This document shows positions 26,179-36,325 of a stretch of DNA of 64,000 bases, in pieces. The first letter of the stretch is position 1; each line of letters opens with the position of its first letter. The position numbers and the translations under genes were made by a program. The notes below the pieces were generated by a model. The model was given only the letters and a program-made list of their open reading frames with translations, was not told where the DNA came from and searched no databases. The DNA is from Candidatus Iainarchaeum sp. (lineage in GTDB: Archaea; Iainarchaeota; Iainarchaeia; Iainarchaeales; GCA-2688035): the NCBI GenBank assembly GCA_017610205.1, contig JAFCCL010000001.1, forward strand, positions 26,805 through 90,804, written 5' to 3'.

Positions 26179-27615
26179 TCAGCCTTTATTTTTTTTCAGA
26201 AAAACCATTTCTGAAAAGGGTTTTGCTGTTCTAAAAAGCTTTTTAAATTCCTCCTTGCTTGTAAAAGCCCTTTTGAGCATTTTTAGGATAAAGCTTGGCC
26301 TTAGGTAAAACTCTTTCATGGCTCTTTTCCAGTATTGCCTTAATTCTTTTTGTGTGATGTCTGGCAGCTCTATGACTGGTTGTGAATGTTTTGGTTGGGT
26401 GTATAGTTCTGGGTTCACTTTCAAAAACCCTTTTTTTACTGCAAGTTCATAAGATTCTGTCCCAGGATATGGTGCAAGAATTGAAAGGCTTAAATAATCA
26501 GGGTCAAGTTCTTTCATAAAACTAATTGTTTTTTCAATATCTTCTTTTGTTTCTCCAATGTTTCCAATCATAAAGGCCGCGCTTGTTTCAATTTTGTATT
26601 TTTTTGTAAGTTTTATAGCATTTCTTGCTTGTTCAAGTGTAGTGCCTTTCTTTATAAGGTTAAGAATCTTTTGCGAACCTGTTTCTATTCCAAATTCCAT
26701 CCAAATACATCCACTTTCCTTCATTTTTTTGACTGATTCTTCGTCTATTGTGTTAACTCTACTGCTACACCCCCATATTAACTCGAGTTTTGCAATCCCG
26801 TCACATATTTTAAAAAGCCTTTTTTTGTTTATGGTGAATGTATCATCGATAAAAATGATTTGTTTTATTCCATAGCTTTTAACAATTTCACTTATTTCTT
26901 TCAAAACATTTTCTGAACTTCTTTGGAAAAGTTTTCTTCCCCATATTGATTTGGAAGCACAGAAAACACAATTGTTTGGACAGCCCCTGCTTGTAATAAC
27001 TGTTGCAAAAGGAAATTTTATCGGAGTTTTTGAAGGTGGTCTGTATTTTTTATTTGGCAGAAGATGCCTTGCAGGAAAAGGAAGTTGGTTCAAGTTTTCA
27101 ATTCTTGAATTTGCTTCTGTTAAAAAGATTTTTTTACCTTGTCTGAATGCAAGACCTTTAACTTTGTTTAATTTCTTTCCTTTATTTAAAGCCTTGACTG
27201 TTTCAAGGAAACTAAAATCGCTTTCCCCAATTGCAACAATATCGATTTCAGGGTGCTTTTCAAGGGTTTGCTTTGGCAAAACAGTTACATGCACCCCTCC
27301 TGCAACCACTTTAACTCTTGGAAAAATTCTTTTTGAAATCCTCGCTATTTTTAAGGCTTCGCTGAATGTAGATGTAGTGCTTGTAATTCCAACAATGTCT
27401 GGTTTTGATTCTTTTATCTTTTTTTCTATTTCTGGCCATTGCATGTTTTCAGCAAAAGAGTCAATTATTTCTACATTAAACTTGTTTTTTTCAAGAACGG
27501 CTGCAATATAAGCAATGCCAAGTGGCGGAAAAATTGGTGCACCTTCTCTCATTCCCTTGTAAAGTTTTATGCAAGGAGGCACTAAAAGAAGTATTTTAAG
27601 TTTATTTTTTTGCAT
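26179..27615 (-). CDS. Cobalamin-binding radical SAM enzyme
   Basis: PPLGIAYIAA, GGVHVT, GE, TSRGCPNNCVFC, GIETGS. Confidence 0.92.
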   Translation of the reverse strand: MQKNKLKILLLVPPCIKLYKGMREGAPIFPPLGIAYIAAVLEKNKFNVEIIDSFAENMQWPEIEKKIKESKPDIVGITSTTSTFSEALKIARISKRIFPRVKVVAGGVHVTVLPKQTLEKHPEIDIVAIGESDFSFLETVKALNKGKKLNKVKGLAFRQGKKIFLTEANSRIENLNQLPFPARHLLPNKKYRPPSKTPIKFPFATVITSRGCPNNCVFCASKSIWGRKLFQRSSENVLKEISEIVKSYGIKQIIFIDDTFTINKKRLFKICDGIAKLELIWGCSSRVNTIDEESVKKMKESGCIWMEFGIETGSQKILNLIKKGTTLEQARNAIKLTKKYKIETSAAFMIGNIGETKEDIEKTISFMKELDPDYLSLSILAPYPGTESYELAVKKGFLKVNPELYTQPKHSQPVIELPDITQKELRQYWKRAMKEFYLRPSFILKMLKRAFTSKEEFKKLFRTAKPFSEMVFLKKNKG

Positions 27616-27883
27616 AAAAAAAATCTTTTCCTATTTTTTATGAATTTAAAGAATAAATAAGCTGTATTGTTATTCATTTTGCCTGCAAGGTTTTTTTATT
27701 CTTTTTGTATTTAAAATTAAATGTAATAATTTCATTAAAATAATCTGTCATAATTTTAATTAGCCTGCAATTGTTTTGGCTAAATAAATACCTAAAATAG
27801 TTGTCAACTGTATAATTATTAATATGTTTTGCCTTGAAATAGTATTAAAGTGTTTTAGCGATTTTTTTTTGAGGTGCGTTTTT

Positions 27884-28828
27884 ATGGTTCCGTTGTTTTC
27901 TGTGGTTGTTCCTGTTTTTAATGAGGAAAAAAACATTTTTCAGCTGTTTAACAGGCTTGTTAAAACTTTTTCCGAAATGCCTATTAATGGGTTTGAAATA
28001 ATTTTTGTTGATGATGGAAGTACCGATTCCAGTTTTGAAAAAATGAGTTTGTTAAGAAAGAAAGATAAAAGGGTTAAAATAATTAGATTTACAAAAAATT
28101 TTGGTCAAACCTTCGCATGGGACGCAGGGATAAAGTTTTCAAAAGGCAAATACATAGTTACAATTGATGCAGACCTTCAAAATAATCCTGAAGACATTCC
28201 CTTGCTTTATAATAAGATTTTGGAAGGCTATGATATTGTTTCAGGTTGGAGGGCAAAAAGAAAGGATTCTTTTTCAAAACGCTTTTTTTCGGTTTTTGCA
28301 AATGTGTTTAGAAGATGTTTAATTTCCGAAAAAATTCATGACAGTGGTTGTGCTTTAAAGATTTACAAAAGTGAATGTTTTGAAGGATTGGATTTATATA
28401 AAGGAATGAGGCGATTTATAACTGCTATAATGGCTATGAGGGGCTATAAGGTTGGAGAATTAAAGATAAGTCACAGTCAACGGAAACACGGCGAAACAAA
28501 GTATGGTTCAAGTCGTTTAGCTTATGGTTTTTTGGAACTGTTGATGGTTGTTTTTATGGTAAAATATAATTCAAATCCATTAAAGCTTTTTGGCGGATTA
28601 GGAATATTTACCTTTTTTTCTGGCTTTATTATTGGATTGTACCTTGTTATTCTAAAGTTGTTTTTTGGAGTACCGCTTTCTGAAAAGCCTTTGTTAATTT
28701 TGGTAGTTTTGCTTATAATTCTCGGAATTCAGTTTATAATTTTTGGATTTATTGCAGAAATGCTTGTTAGAATACAATTCAATGCAAATAATGGTACACC
28801 GTATGTTATAAGGGAGATTCTGAAATGA
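27884..28828 (+). CDS. GT2 polyprenol-phosphate glycosyltransferase (ArnC/DPM-like) with two C-terminal TM helices
   Basis: SVVVPVFNEE, VDDGSTD, NFGQ, DADLQN; GAGGTG RBS before ATG 27884. Confidence 0.9.
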   Translation: MVPLFSVVVPVFNEEKNIFQLFNRLVKTFSEMPINGFEIIFVDDGSTDSSFEKMSLLRKKDKRVKIIRFTKNFGQTFAWDAGIKFSKGKYIVTIDADLQNNPEDIPLLYNKILEGYDIVSGWRAKRKDSFSKRFFSVFANVFRRCLISEKIHDSGCALKIYKSECFEGLDLYKGMRRFITAIMAMRGYKVGELKISHSQRKHGETKYGSSRLAYGFLELLMVVFMVKYNSNPLKLFGGLGIFTFFSGFIIGLYLVILKLFFGVPLSEKPLLILVVLLIILGIQFIIFGFIAEMLVRIQFNANNGTPYVIREILK

Positions 28829-29769
28829 AGATAGCTGTAACAGGCGGGGCTGGATTTATTGGAAGCAATCTTTGTGATTTCCTTGTTGAGAAAAACCATA
28901 GCATACTATGCATTGACAATTTCAATGATTATTACAGTCCAAACATCAAGCGCAAAAATATTGCCCATCTTCTAAAAATTCCTTCTTTCAAGCTGTTGGA
29001 GTTAGACATTAAGAACAAGCCTGTTTTGGAAAATCTTCTGCGAACTGAAAAGCCAGATGCCATTGTCCACCTTGCTGCTTTGCCTGGTGTAAGATCAAGC
29101 ATTGAAAATCCTTCTCCATACATTGAAAATAACATTCAAGGTACCTTAAACTTGCTCCAAGCAGCAAAAGATTTTTCGACAAAAATAATTTTTGCCTCAA
29201 GCAGTAGCGTGTATGGCGACAGCAAAAAAATTCCCTTCAAAGAGGACGATCCTGCCAACAGTCAATTGTCACCCTATGCTTTCTCCAAGAGGGCAGGCGA
29301 ACTATTGTGTCAAACCTACAACAACCTCTACAACATTCCTATTGTTTGCTTTCGTTTTTTCACAGTCTTTGGTATAAGGAACAGGCCTGATATGGCTGTT
29401 TCAAAATTTACAAGGCTTATGCTTGAAGAAAAACCTTTGCCTGTTTATGGTTCAACAGATCTGAAGAGAGACTACACTTTTGTGGATGATATTGTTCCGA
29501 CAATTTCTACAGCACTTGAAACAGATTTTGGTTTTGAAATAGTTAACCTTGGAAATAACAAGCCAGAGCCGTTATCAAAACTAATTTCTGCAATTGAAGA
29601 ATCCACTGGCAAAAAGGCCTTGATTGAAAACAAGGGCTTTCAAAAAGGGGACGCTAAGGAAACCTGTGCAGATATAGAAAAGGCAAAAAGGCTTTTTGGT
29701 TACAATCCAAAGGTTTCGTTGGAAGAAGGAATTCAAAGGTTTGTCAAATGGTACAAAAAAAACAACTGA
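28825..29769 (+). CDS. NAD-dependent epimerase (UDP-glucuronate 4-epimerase-like)
   Basis: [43 protein letters not shown]. Confidence 0.88.
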   Translation: MKIAVTGGAGFIGSNLCDFLVEKNHSILCIDNFNDYYSPNIKRKNIAHLLKIPSFKLLELDIKNKPVLENLLRTEKPDAIVHLAALPGVRSSIENPSPYIENNIQGTLNLLQAAKDFSTKIIFASSSSVYGDSKKIPFKEDDPANSQLSPYAFSKRAGELLCQTYNNLYNIPIVCFRFFTVFGIRNRPDMAVSKFTRLMLEEKPLPVYGSTDLKRDYTFVDDIVPTISTALETDFGFEIVNLGNNKPEPLSKLISAIEESTGKKALIENKGFQKGDAKETCADIEKAKRLFGYNPKVSLEEGIQRFVKWYKKNN

Positions 29770-29803
29770 ATCTTTAATATTTTTGTAAGTAAAGGTTTTT
29801 ACA

Positions 29804-31489
29804 ATGGTGCAAAAAAACAAACTAGTTTACATTAGCCTGGCCGTAATAGTCCTGTACCTTCTTCCGTTTCTTTTTCTTTGGCAAAATTCTCCAATTCTTG
29901 TCCACGACACTTTAGAAGCCTGGTTTCCAAACGTAAAGGTTCTCTCAGAGACTGAAACTACCTTCTCATCTTTAGATGCAACAATTCCAAGCGTTATGAA
30001 CGGTCTGCCAAGAAACGTGCTTGTCTCTGAATTCAATTTCTTTGTCTGGGGTCAAACAATTTTTGACTTGTTTACTCTTTACATTGTTAACCTTGCTTTA
30101 ATGCATGTGATTGCCTTTGTCGGAATGTACTTTTTGCTAAAAGTCCACTTCTTAAAAGATCCAAAACACCACGCAATCGCAGTTGGTGCTGCCCTGTGCT
30201 TTGCACTGCTTCCATTCAACCCATTTAGGGTTCTTGGAATTGCAGCCATGCCGCTTGTTTTGTACGCCTTTCTAAATCTGAAAAACAAGTCTGCAACAAA
30301 AAAAGACTGGGTAATTATTTTGCTCTACCCTTTTTTCTCCAGCTTTTTTCACGTTGGAATTTTCTTTCTGTCTATTCTTGGTCTGCTTTGGCTCTACGAC
30401 TTTTACAAGACAAAAAAACCAAACTGGTTTTTTCTTGCAGCGCTGTTCTTGCTTGGAGCAATCTCTTTTGTAACAGAGTACAGGGTTCTTTTCACAATGT
30501 TTTTAGACAGTTCATTTCAAAGCCATAGGCTGGAATTTGGAAGTTACCCAACAGACCTTGTAAGAGTTTTGGGTAGGAGTGCAAGAACGTTTATTTTTGG
30601 GCAATACCATGCTGCTTCACTGCATTACATCTTCGTTTTTTTCGCAACAGCTGCAGCGCTTGTCATTTCCTTGAGAAAAAAAATTCTGCCATCCAATCTC
30701 TTAAAAATTTTAGTGCTAATAATTGCAATATCTGTTTTTGCAGAAGCCATAACTGGCTGGGCTGCTCTAGAACCATTGAAGGCACAGTTCTCAATTCTTA
30801 AAACATTCAACTTTGCAAGGTTTACAGGTTTTTTTCCGATTCTGTGGGGTCTTGCTTTTGCACTCTCCTTGAAAATAATTTTTGAAAACCAAAAGCACGG
30901 AAAGCAAATAGCATTTTTCCTAATAATCCTGCAGGTTGCTTTTCTTTTTTCATATACTGATTCTCTTGTGCAGACAGGTGGCTTTGGAATGCTTCTAAGC
31001 CAGGAACCAGGCTATGCTGAATTTTATTCAGAGCCACTTTTCAATGAAATTGATTTATTCATTTCCCAACCAAAAGAATCTTACAGGGTTGTTAGTATTG
31101 GTTTAGTTCCTGCAATTGCTCAATTCAACGGCTTCTATGTACTTGATTCATACCAGCCAAACTATTCCCTGGAATATAAACATTCCTTTAGAAAAGTAAT
31201 TGAAGCAGAGCTTGAAAAAAGCCCTTCACTTAAAAGATATTTTGACGGATGGGGTTCCCGTGCCTACATTTTTCCTGCAGAGCTTGAAGGAAACCGTGCC
31301 TGCACAAAAGGAACCTGTCAAAGCATAAAAAATCTTGAGCTCAATACAATTGTGCTGAAAGAAATGGGTGTCAAGTATGTTTTTTCGGCGGTGGAAATTG
31401 AAAATGCTGAAGATAATGGCTTTGAACTGTTAAAAGTGTTTGAGAGGTCTGATTCCCCCTGGAAAATTTGGCTTTACCAAATTCAATAG
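29804..31489 (+). CDS. Multi-pass membrane protein (DUF6044/YkoS-like, possible GT-C)
   Basis: Many TM segments; HDTLE, MNGLPR, GQYHAASLH, YRVVSIG, FNGFYVLDSY, WGSRAY. Confidence 0.7.
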   Translation: MVQKNKLVYISLAVIVLYLLPFLFLWQNSPILVHDTLEAWFPNVKVLSETETTFSSLDATIPSVMNGLPRNVLVSEFNFFVWGQTIFDLFTLYIVNLALMHVIAFVGMYFLLKVHFLKDPKHHAIAVGAALCFALLPFNPFRVLGIAAMPLVLYAFLNLKNKSATKKDWVIILLYPFFSSFFHVGIFFLSILGLLWLYDFYKTKKPNWFFLAALFLLGAISFVTEYRVLFTMFLDSSFQSHRLEFGSYPTDLVRVLGRSARTFIFGQYHAASLHYIFVFFATAAALVISLRKKILPSNLLKILVLIIAISVFAEAITGWAALEPLKAQFSILKTFNFARFTGFFPILWGLAFALSLKIIFENQKHGKQIAFFLIILQVAFLFSYTDSLVQTGGFGMLLSQEPGYAEFYSEPLFNEIDLFISQPKESYRVVSIGLVPAIAQFNGFYVLDSYQPNYSLEYKHSFRKVIEAELEKSPSLKRYFDGWGSRAYIFPAELEGNRACTKGTCQSIKNLELNTIVLKEMGVKYVFSAVEIENAEDNGFELLKVFERSDSPWKIWLYQIQ

Positions 31490-31573
31490 AAAACAATAAG
31501 CTAAATTCTTTAACCAAAACTGTACCAATTTCTTTAAATTGCATTAAACCCATTAATAGTTCAGGTAATTGTT

Positions 31574-32425
31574 ATGATTGGTTTAAGCAGTAGCTATTAC
31601 GGTTTTCAAAAAATTCCAGTATACGAATCTGCCAAAAGGGTTTTTGACCTTGGTTTTGACACCGCCGAGCTTGGGGCAGGTCATGGACCGGAACCAGCTG
31701 TTTGGAAAACGGTTAAAAGAATAAAGCGTGATTTTCCGGACAAAAATTATACAGTGCATGGTTTGTTTCCTCCTTTGGAGAAAAGGTTTTGGTTTAATGC
31801 AAGCCTTGGCTTTACAAAGCAGAATGAAAAAATTGTTGAAAACTTTTTTAGGGCTGCGCAAATTGTTGAGGCAAAGGTTGTTTCAATCCACCCTGGTTTT
31901 AGGCGAGAAATTGATTGGATTGATGGGGCAACCCCACTGGAGGAATTTTCTCCGCAGGAAGAAATTCCTATTGAAAAGGCTTGGTCAAACTTTTTTGAAC
32001 TAACAAACTACTGTCTTGCCAAAGCCAAGGAAACAAACTGTGTTTTTGCAATTGAAAACATGCCTTCAATGGCTTTTCCCCTTGTCCGCACAATTGAAGA
32101 CTTTGAAAAAGCATTCACGCAATTTCCAAACCTTAAAATGCTTTTGGACGTTGGACATGCTCTTTACAGCGATTGTTTGAATCAGCTTCTTGAACACTTT
32201 GCAGACAACGTATGCCAGCTTCATTTGCACATTAGCAGACCTGAGGGAATTGCTCCAAAAGCAGACGAACACAATCCTGTAACAGACGCAAAACAACTTG
32301 AACCACTCAGTGCAATAAAGCAACTTAAACAAATTCCAATAATTTTTGAACACGGAATCAACATTTCAGAAGAACAAATCAAGTCAGAAAAAAGGATTCT
32401 TGAAGGGTTTTTGGAAAAGAAATGA
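31574..32425 (+). CDS. Sugar phosphate isomerase/epimerase (AP endonuclease 2 TIM barrel)
   Basis: AELG, VHG, SIHPG, IENMP, LLDVGH, LHLH, DEH, FE. Confidence 0.8.
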   Translation: MIGLSSSYYGFQKIPVYESAKRVFDLGFDTAELGAGHGPEPAVWKTVKRIKRDFPDKNYTVHGLFPPLEKRFWFNASLGFTKQNEKIVENFFRAAQIVEAKVVSIHPGFRREIDWIDGATPLEEFSPQEEIPIEKAWSNFFELTNYCLAKAKETNCVFAIENMPSMAFPLVRTIEDFEKAFTQFPNLKMLLDVGHALYSDCLNQLLEHFADNVCQLHLHISRPEGIAPKADEHNPVTDAKQLEPLSAIKQLKQIPIIFEHGINISEEQIKSEKRILEGFLEKK

Positions 32426-32609
32426 CTTGCTGGTTTGCTCACCAACCACAAGAATAAAATAGTAGTTTAAATATAATTGATTTGAATGGCAGCAAAGCAA
32501 CACTCATCACAAAACAGGGGTGGTAACAAACCACCTAACTATTCCATAAAGGGCGGCGCGCACCTTCTTTCTTTGCCAAAGGGCGGGTTTTATTCACAGC
32601 TTCTTTTAG

Positions 32610-33227
32610 CTCGTGAGCGTGAAACCCCACTACTTTAGTAGTGGGATGTGAGCGAACCACTGTTTATTTCTTTAAAGAATGAGTTTATATGCCTCGAGCG
32701 GCGTGGCGCTACCGCGCCACTCAGGAGGCGTTACGTCATGAAAACTGATTTCGATAGACATCTGTATAGTCATAATCATATTAAAGGTTGTTGGGAGCAT
32801 CACTTGGAGTGGTGTCCTAAATATAGGTTTAACGCTTTTGGAAAAGAATCAAGTAAGGCTGATATGGAGGCAATTTTGAAGCAGATTGCGACCGAGTATA
32901 AGATGGTTGTTGAGGAACTTGCTGTTATACCTGATCATGTGCATATTGTAGTTAGAACAAAACCGTCTATGAGTTTGAGTAAGACAACACAGTTGCTCAA
33001 AGGTAGGAGCTCGTATGAGTTTTTCAGAAAGCATCCAAACATGCGCTTAAGATATAGGAAAGGACACTTTTGGGCACCAAGTACTTGCTATCTGACAACA
33101 GGCTCAGTGGATTTGGATAGAACAAGAGCCTATGTCAGAAACCAATCAGATGCATATCAAGCAACACTATTAAAATGGGCTAACTGAACCCAGCAGAAGT
33201 CACGCACTTCAGTGCGGGGAGGTTCAC
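32610..33227 (+). mobile_element. IS200-group element (tnpA only), apparently intact
   Basis: Target TTAG|; left end AAAC plus hairpin CCCACTACT-TT-AGTAGTGGG (32626-32645); right end GAAG plus hairpin, ending TTCAC at 33227. Confidence 0.9.
32738..33187 (+). CDS. tnpA: IS200/IS605 Y1 transposase TnpA
   Basis: HLEWCPKYR, PDHVHI (HUH), LKGRSS, FWAPS, YVRNQ; AGGAGG RBS preceded by hairpin GTGGCGC-TACC-GCGCCAC. Confidence 0.93.
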   Translation: MKTDFDRHLYSHNHIKGCWEHHLEWCPKYRFNAFGKESSKADMEAILKQIATEYKMVVEELAVIPDHVHIVVRTKPSMSLSKTTQLLKGRSSYEFFRKHPNMRLRYRKGHFWAPSTCYLTTGSVDLDRTRAYVRNQSDAYQATLLKWAN

Positions 33228-33610
33228 GCGAAGAATTTCCTTTAAGTGGAAAACAAATTTGGATTAGATTAAACCGGCAGTATGGAAAAAGCATTTCTTA
33301 TCAAGCCACCCACAAAGCTTTGCAAAAAATGGTTTTTGGAGGAATTGTGGTTAAAGAAAATTACCGCTACAGTGTTTCTTTGAAGTATGTTGAGCAAATG
33401 GTTTCTTTTCTAAGGCAGTTAAGGCAGGGTTATGAAAGCGTGGAAACAGGAATTGAGCCAATTGAAAAGAAAATTTCAGAGCTGATAAAAGAAGTCAAGC
33501 ACACTAATTCTGTTTTGAATGAAGTGCACGAAACACTGCAAAAAGAAGCCCAAACTGTTTTGTGCGTGAAATGAATGCAGGATCCTGCTTTCCGCAATGT
33601 TTTTTTTTAC

Positions 33611-34009
33611 CTATTTTTTTTGAATTGCTGTTTCGAGTTTTTCTTTTAGGTCTTCGTTGTTTCTGTAGAAGATGATTTCTTTTATTGCAGGGCAGCCTTT
33701 TACAAGTTCTGAGACTTTGCTTTTGGCTTTGGCAATAACTATTATTGGCTTGTTTAAAACAATTGCTTCTCTTAGTTCCATTCCCTGTCCTGTTGAAGGA
33801 AGTGATTGTTCTCCAATGATTAAGTCTGCTTTTTTAATCATTTCAAAAGCCCGCTCATAGCGTTCTTCGTCTCCGCCAAAGAATTTTGCTGTGTCAATTG
33901 GAGAAAAAACCTCTATTGCAAAGGGTTTGCAGATTTCAGCAATTGTCCGATATAGTTCTTCCCCTGCACTGTCTTTGGGAAGTGCTCCAAGAATCAAAAT
34001 GTTTTTCAT
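33611..34009 (-). CDS. Nucleoside 2-deoxyribosyltransferase-like protein
   Basis: IKKADLIIGEQSLPSTGQGMEL.EA..LNKPI. Confidence 0.65.
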   Translation of the reverse strand: MKNILILGALPKDSAGEELYRTIAEICKPFAIEVFSPIDTAKFFGGDEERYERAFEMIKKADLIIGEQSLPSTGQGMELREAIVLNKPIIVIAKAKSKVSELVKGCPAIKEIIFYRNNEDLKEKLETAIQKK

Positions 34010-34077
34010 TGAAGAAAATAAGGCGTTTACTCTTTTTAAAGCGTTTACTTTGCCGGCAAAACAAAATTGCCGTTGTT

Positions 34078-34446
34078 TTATGCGCTTGCAAATTTTATTT
34101 CAAGCGATTTGAACATTGGTTTCAGGTATACCTCTCTTTTTTTCTTGATTTTTTTAATCATCTTGTGCATTGCAAGAAAAGAGGCGTCCCTGCTTATTGC
34201 TTCCTGTTTTCGCCCAAGTTCTCTGGCCAACTCACCAACTGTTTTTTTCTCAGACTGGTATTTGATTAAACGCCTGAGCAATTCAAGCCTTTGAGGGGAA
34301 AGCAGTCTGTAAAGGTCTTCACCTGTGTCCAAAAAGAGAGTGTGAGTGTTTGAATAAGAATACTTTTTTGGGTTATCAAAGACATCCTTAAGCTCTTTTC
34401 TCTTGTCAGCCCCAATTTTTATCACAAGTTTTTCCATCTTTGCCAC
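34078..34446 (-). CDS. HVO_A0114-like HTH protein (antitoxin candidate)
   Basis: LLSPQRLELLR...TVGELARELGRKQEAISRD...L. Confidence 0.7.
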   Translation of the reverse strand: MAKMEKLVIKIGADKRKELKDVFDNPKKYSYSNTHTLFLDTGEDLYRLLSPQRLELLRRLIKYQSEKKTVGELARELGRKQEAISRDASFLAMHKMIKKIKKKREVYLKPMFKSLEIKFASA

Positions 34447-34453
34447 CTGTTAA

Positions 34454-34476
34454 TATATAACGCCAAAGGTTATATA
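34454..34476. promoter_or_regulatory. Inverted repeat overlapping a TATA box (candidate operator)
   Basis: TATATAAC-N7-GTTATATA directly upstream of the HTH gene. Confidence 0.55.
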
Positions 34477-34482
34477 AACTTG

Positions 34483-34812
34483 TTATTTTTCCAAAAACTT
34501 TAGTCTGTAAAGCCTCCAGTTCTTTTCTATCTTTTTAGCCAATTCATCCATTGTTTCAAAACTTTTACTTTTATTTATTATTCTCTTTTCAACAGGTTTT
34601 CTGTAGAATTGGTGTATGTGTACTTCTTCTCGTTTGGAACAATCATAGCGTACTATTTCGGTTGGATTGTCGCTAAAAAAAGTACAATAACTAATAGAAA
34701 ACTCTTCAAGACTTTTTCCATCGGGTGTAAAAACAAACCGAATAAAAATAATATTTTCCTGTGAATTATCCAAAAACCAATTATAGTTCTTTTGCCTCTC
34801 CTTTTCCACCAT
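34483..34812 (-). CDS. TumE/DUF6516-like toxin candidate
   Basis: EIVRYDCS...HIH motif; upstream of the HVO_A0114-like HTH gene. Confidence 0.6.
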   Translation of the reverse strand: MVEKERQKNYNWFLDNSQENIIFIRFVFTPDGKSLEEFSISYCTFFSDNPTEIVRYDCSKREEVHIHQFYRKPVEKRIINKSKSFETMDELAKKIEKNWRLYRLKFLEK

Positions 34813-34975
34813 TAAAAACAGCCCTTTGAATACTTGTTTTTGGTCTTTAAATTCGCTTTGAGAGTGGATTTCCGATGAAATTCACAAACCAGATATTCTT
34901 TCTTCCTAATACATTCATCAAAAAAATACCCTTTTTAACTGTTTTTGCTTTTTGTCCTTTTAAGGGTGATAAAAA

Positions 34976-36277
34976 GTGAAGATTGCAGTAATTGGAACAG
35001 GTTACGTTGGTCTTGTTGCAGGTACTTGTTTTGCTGACATGGGACACGACGTGATATGCGTTGACATTGACGAGGAAAAGATAAAAGTGCTAAACGAGGG
35101 AAAGGTGCCTATTTACGAACCAGGTTTAGAAGAGCTAATTGCAAAAAACAAGGCAAAGATTGTTTTTACAACCGATTTTGATGATGCTGTAAGGAAAAGC
35201 GAGGTTGTATTTATTGCTGTTGGAACTCCTCCAAAGCCAAACGGCGGAGCTGACTTAAGCTATGTTGAAAATGTTGCACGCGGAATTGCTGTAGCGGCAA
35301 AAAAGCCAAAGATTGTGGTGGAAAAAAGCACTGTTCCTGTTCAAACCTGTGAAAGGATAATTCAGGTACTGGACTGCAATAATGGGGATGGAAATGGAAA
35401 CGGTGTAAAACACACTGTTGTAAGCAATCCGGAATTTTTAAGGGAAGGAAGTGCTGTTGTGGATTTTTTAAAGCCTGACAGAGTTGTAATCGGAACAGAC
35501 AACGAAAAGGCAAGGAATGCAATGGAAGAATTGTATGCTCCACTGAAAGCAGAAATGGTTTTTACAGATATTAAAAGCGCTGAATTAATAAAGCACGCAA
35601 GCAACAGTTTTCTTGCAGCAAAAATAAGCTTTATTAATTCTGTTGCAAACGTTTGTGAAAAGACGGGTGCAGACATTGAAATGGTTGCAAAAGGAATGGG
35701 GCTGGACAAAAGAATTGGCCCAAGCTTTTTGAACGCAGGAATTGGCTACGGCGGATTCTGCTTTCCAAAAGACGTTGAAGCATTTATTGCAATCTCTGAA
35801 AAAAACGGCTACGATTTTAAGATTTTAAAAGAAGTGCAGGATGTAAACAAGTTTCAAAAAGAAAACTTTGTAAAAACCGTTGAAGATGCCTTGTGGAATT
35901 TAAACGGCAAAACAATCGGAATTCTAGGGCTTGCATTTAAACCAAATACTGATGACATGAGGTTTGCTCCAAGCATTGACATTGTAAACGCTTTGCTGAA
36001 AGAAGGTGCAAAAGTAAAAGCGTTTGACCCAGAGGCAATGGAGCGGGCAAAAACAATTTTTGGAGACAAAATAGAGTACTGCAAGGACAAGTACGAGGTT
36101 GCAGAACAAGCAGACGCAGTGCTATTTTTAACCGAGTGGAAGCAGTTTGTGGAAATTGATTTGGACAAAATGAAAAAGTCAATGAAGCAATTTTTTGTTT
36201 TTGACGGAAGAAACATTTTTAAGCCAAAGGCAATGAGGGCAAAGGGATTCAAATACGAAAGCATTGGAAGGCTTTGA
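34976..36277 (+). CDS. ugd: UDP-glucose 6-dehydrogenase
   Basis: GTGYVGL, KSTVPV, SNPEFLREG, GYGGFCFPKD, AFKPNTDD. Confidence 0.93.
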   Translation: MKIAVIGTGYVGLVAGTCFADMGHDVICVDIDEEKIKVLNEGKVPIYEPGLEELIAKNKAKIVFTTDFDDAVRKSEVVFIAVGTPPKPNGGADLSYVENVARGIAVAAKKPKIVVEKSTVPVQTCERIIQVLDCNNGDGNGNGVKHTVVSNPEFLREGSAVVDFLKPDRVVIGTDNEKARNAMEELYAPLKAEMVFTDIKSAELIKHASNSFLAAKISFINSVANVCEKTGADIEMVAKGMGLDKRIGPSFLNAGIGYGGFCFPKDVEAFIAISEKNGYDFKILKEVQDVNKFQKENFVKTVEDALWNLNGKTIGILGLAFKPNTDDMRFAPSIDIVNALLKEGAKVKAFDPEAMERAKTIFGDKIEYCKDKYEVAEQADAVLFLTEWKQFVEIDLDKMKKSMKQFFVFDGRNIFKPKAMRAKGFKYESIGRL

Positions 36278-36325
36278 ATGTTGGAATGGTTTGAAAGTGT
36301 GGTAAATGTTTAAGGGGCTGTTTAA

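Larger units (their letters stand above)
32486..33574 (+). pseudogene. Winged-helix regulator-like gene split by an IS200 insertion
   Basis: Joining 32486-32609 to 33228-33574 gives one 156-aa ORF: ...QLLLGEEFPLSGKQIWIRL..SISYQATHKALQKM..GIVVK. Confidence 0.75.

Noticed and set aside
33212-33574. 120-aa ORF as an independent gene
   Set aside because: Its start lies in the IS right-end hairpin; it is better explained as the 3' part of the split gene starting at 32486.
35380-35406. NNGDGNGNG low-complexity stretch in ugd
   Set aside because: Short loop expansion; too small to interpret.
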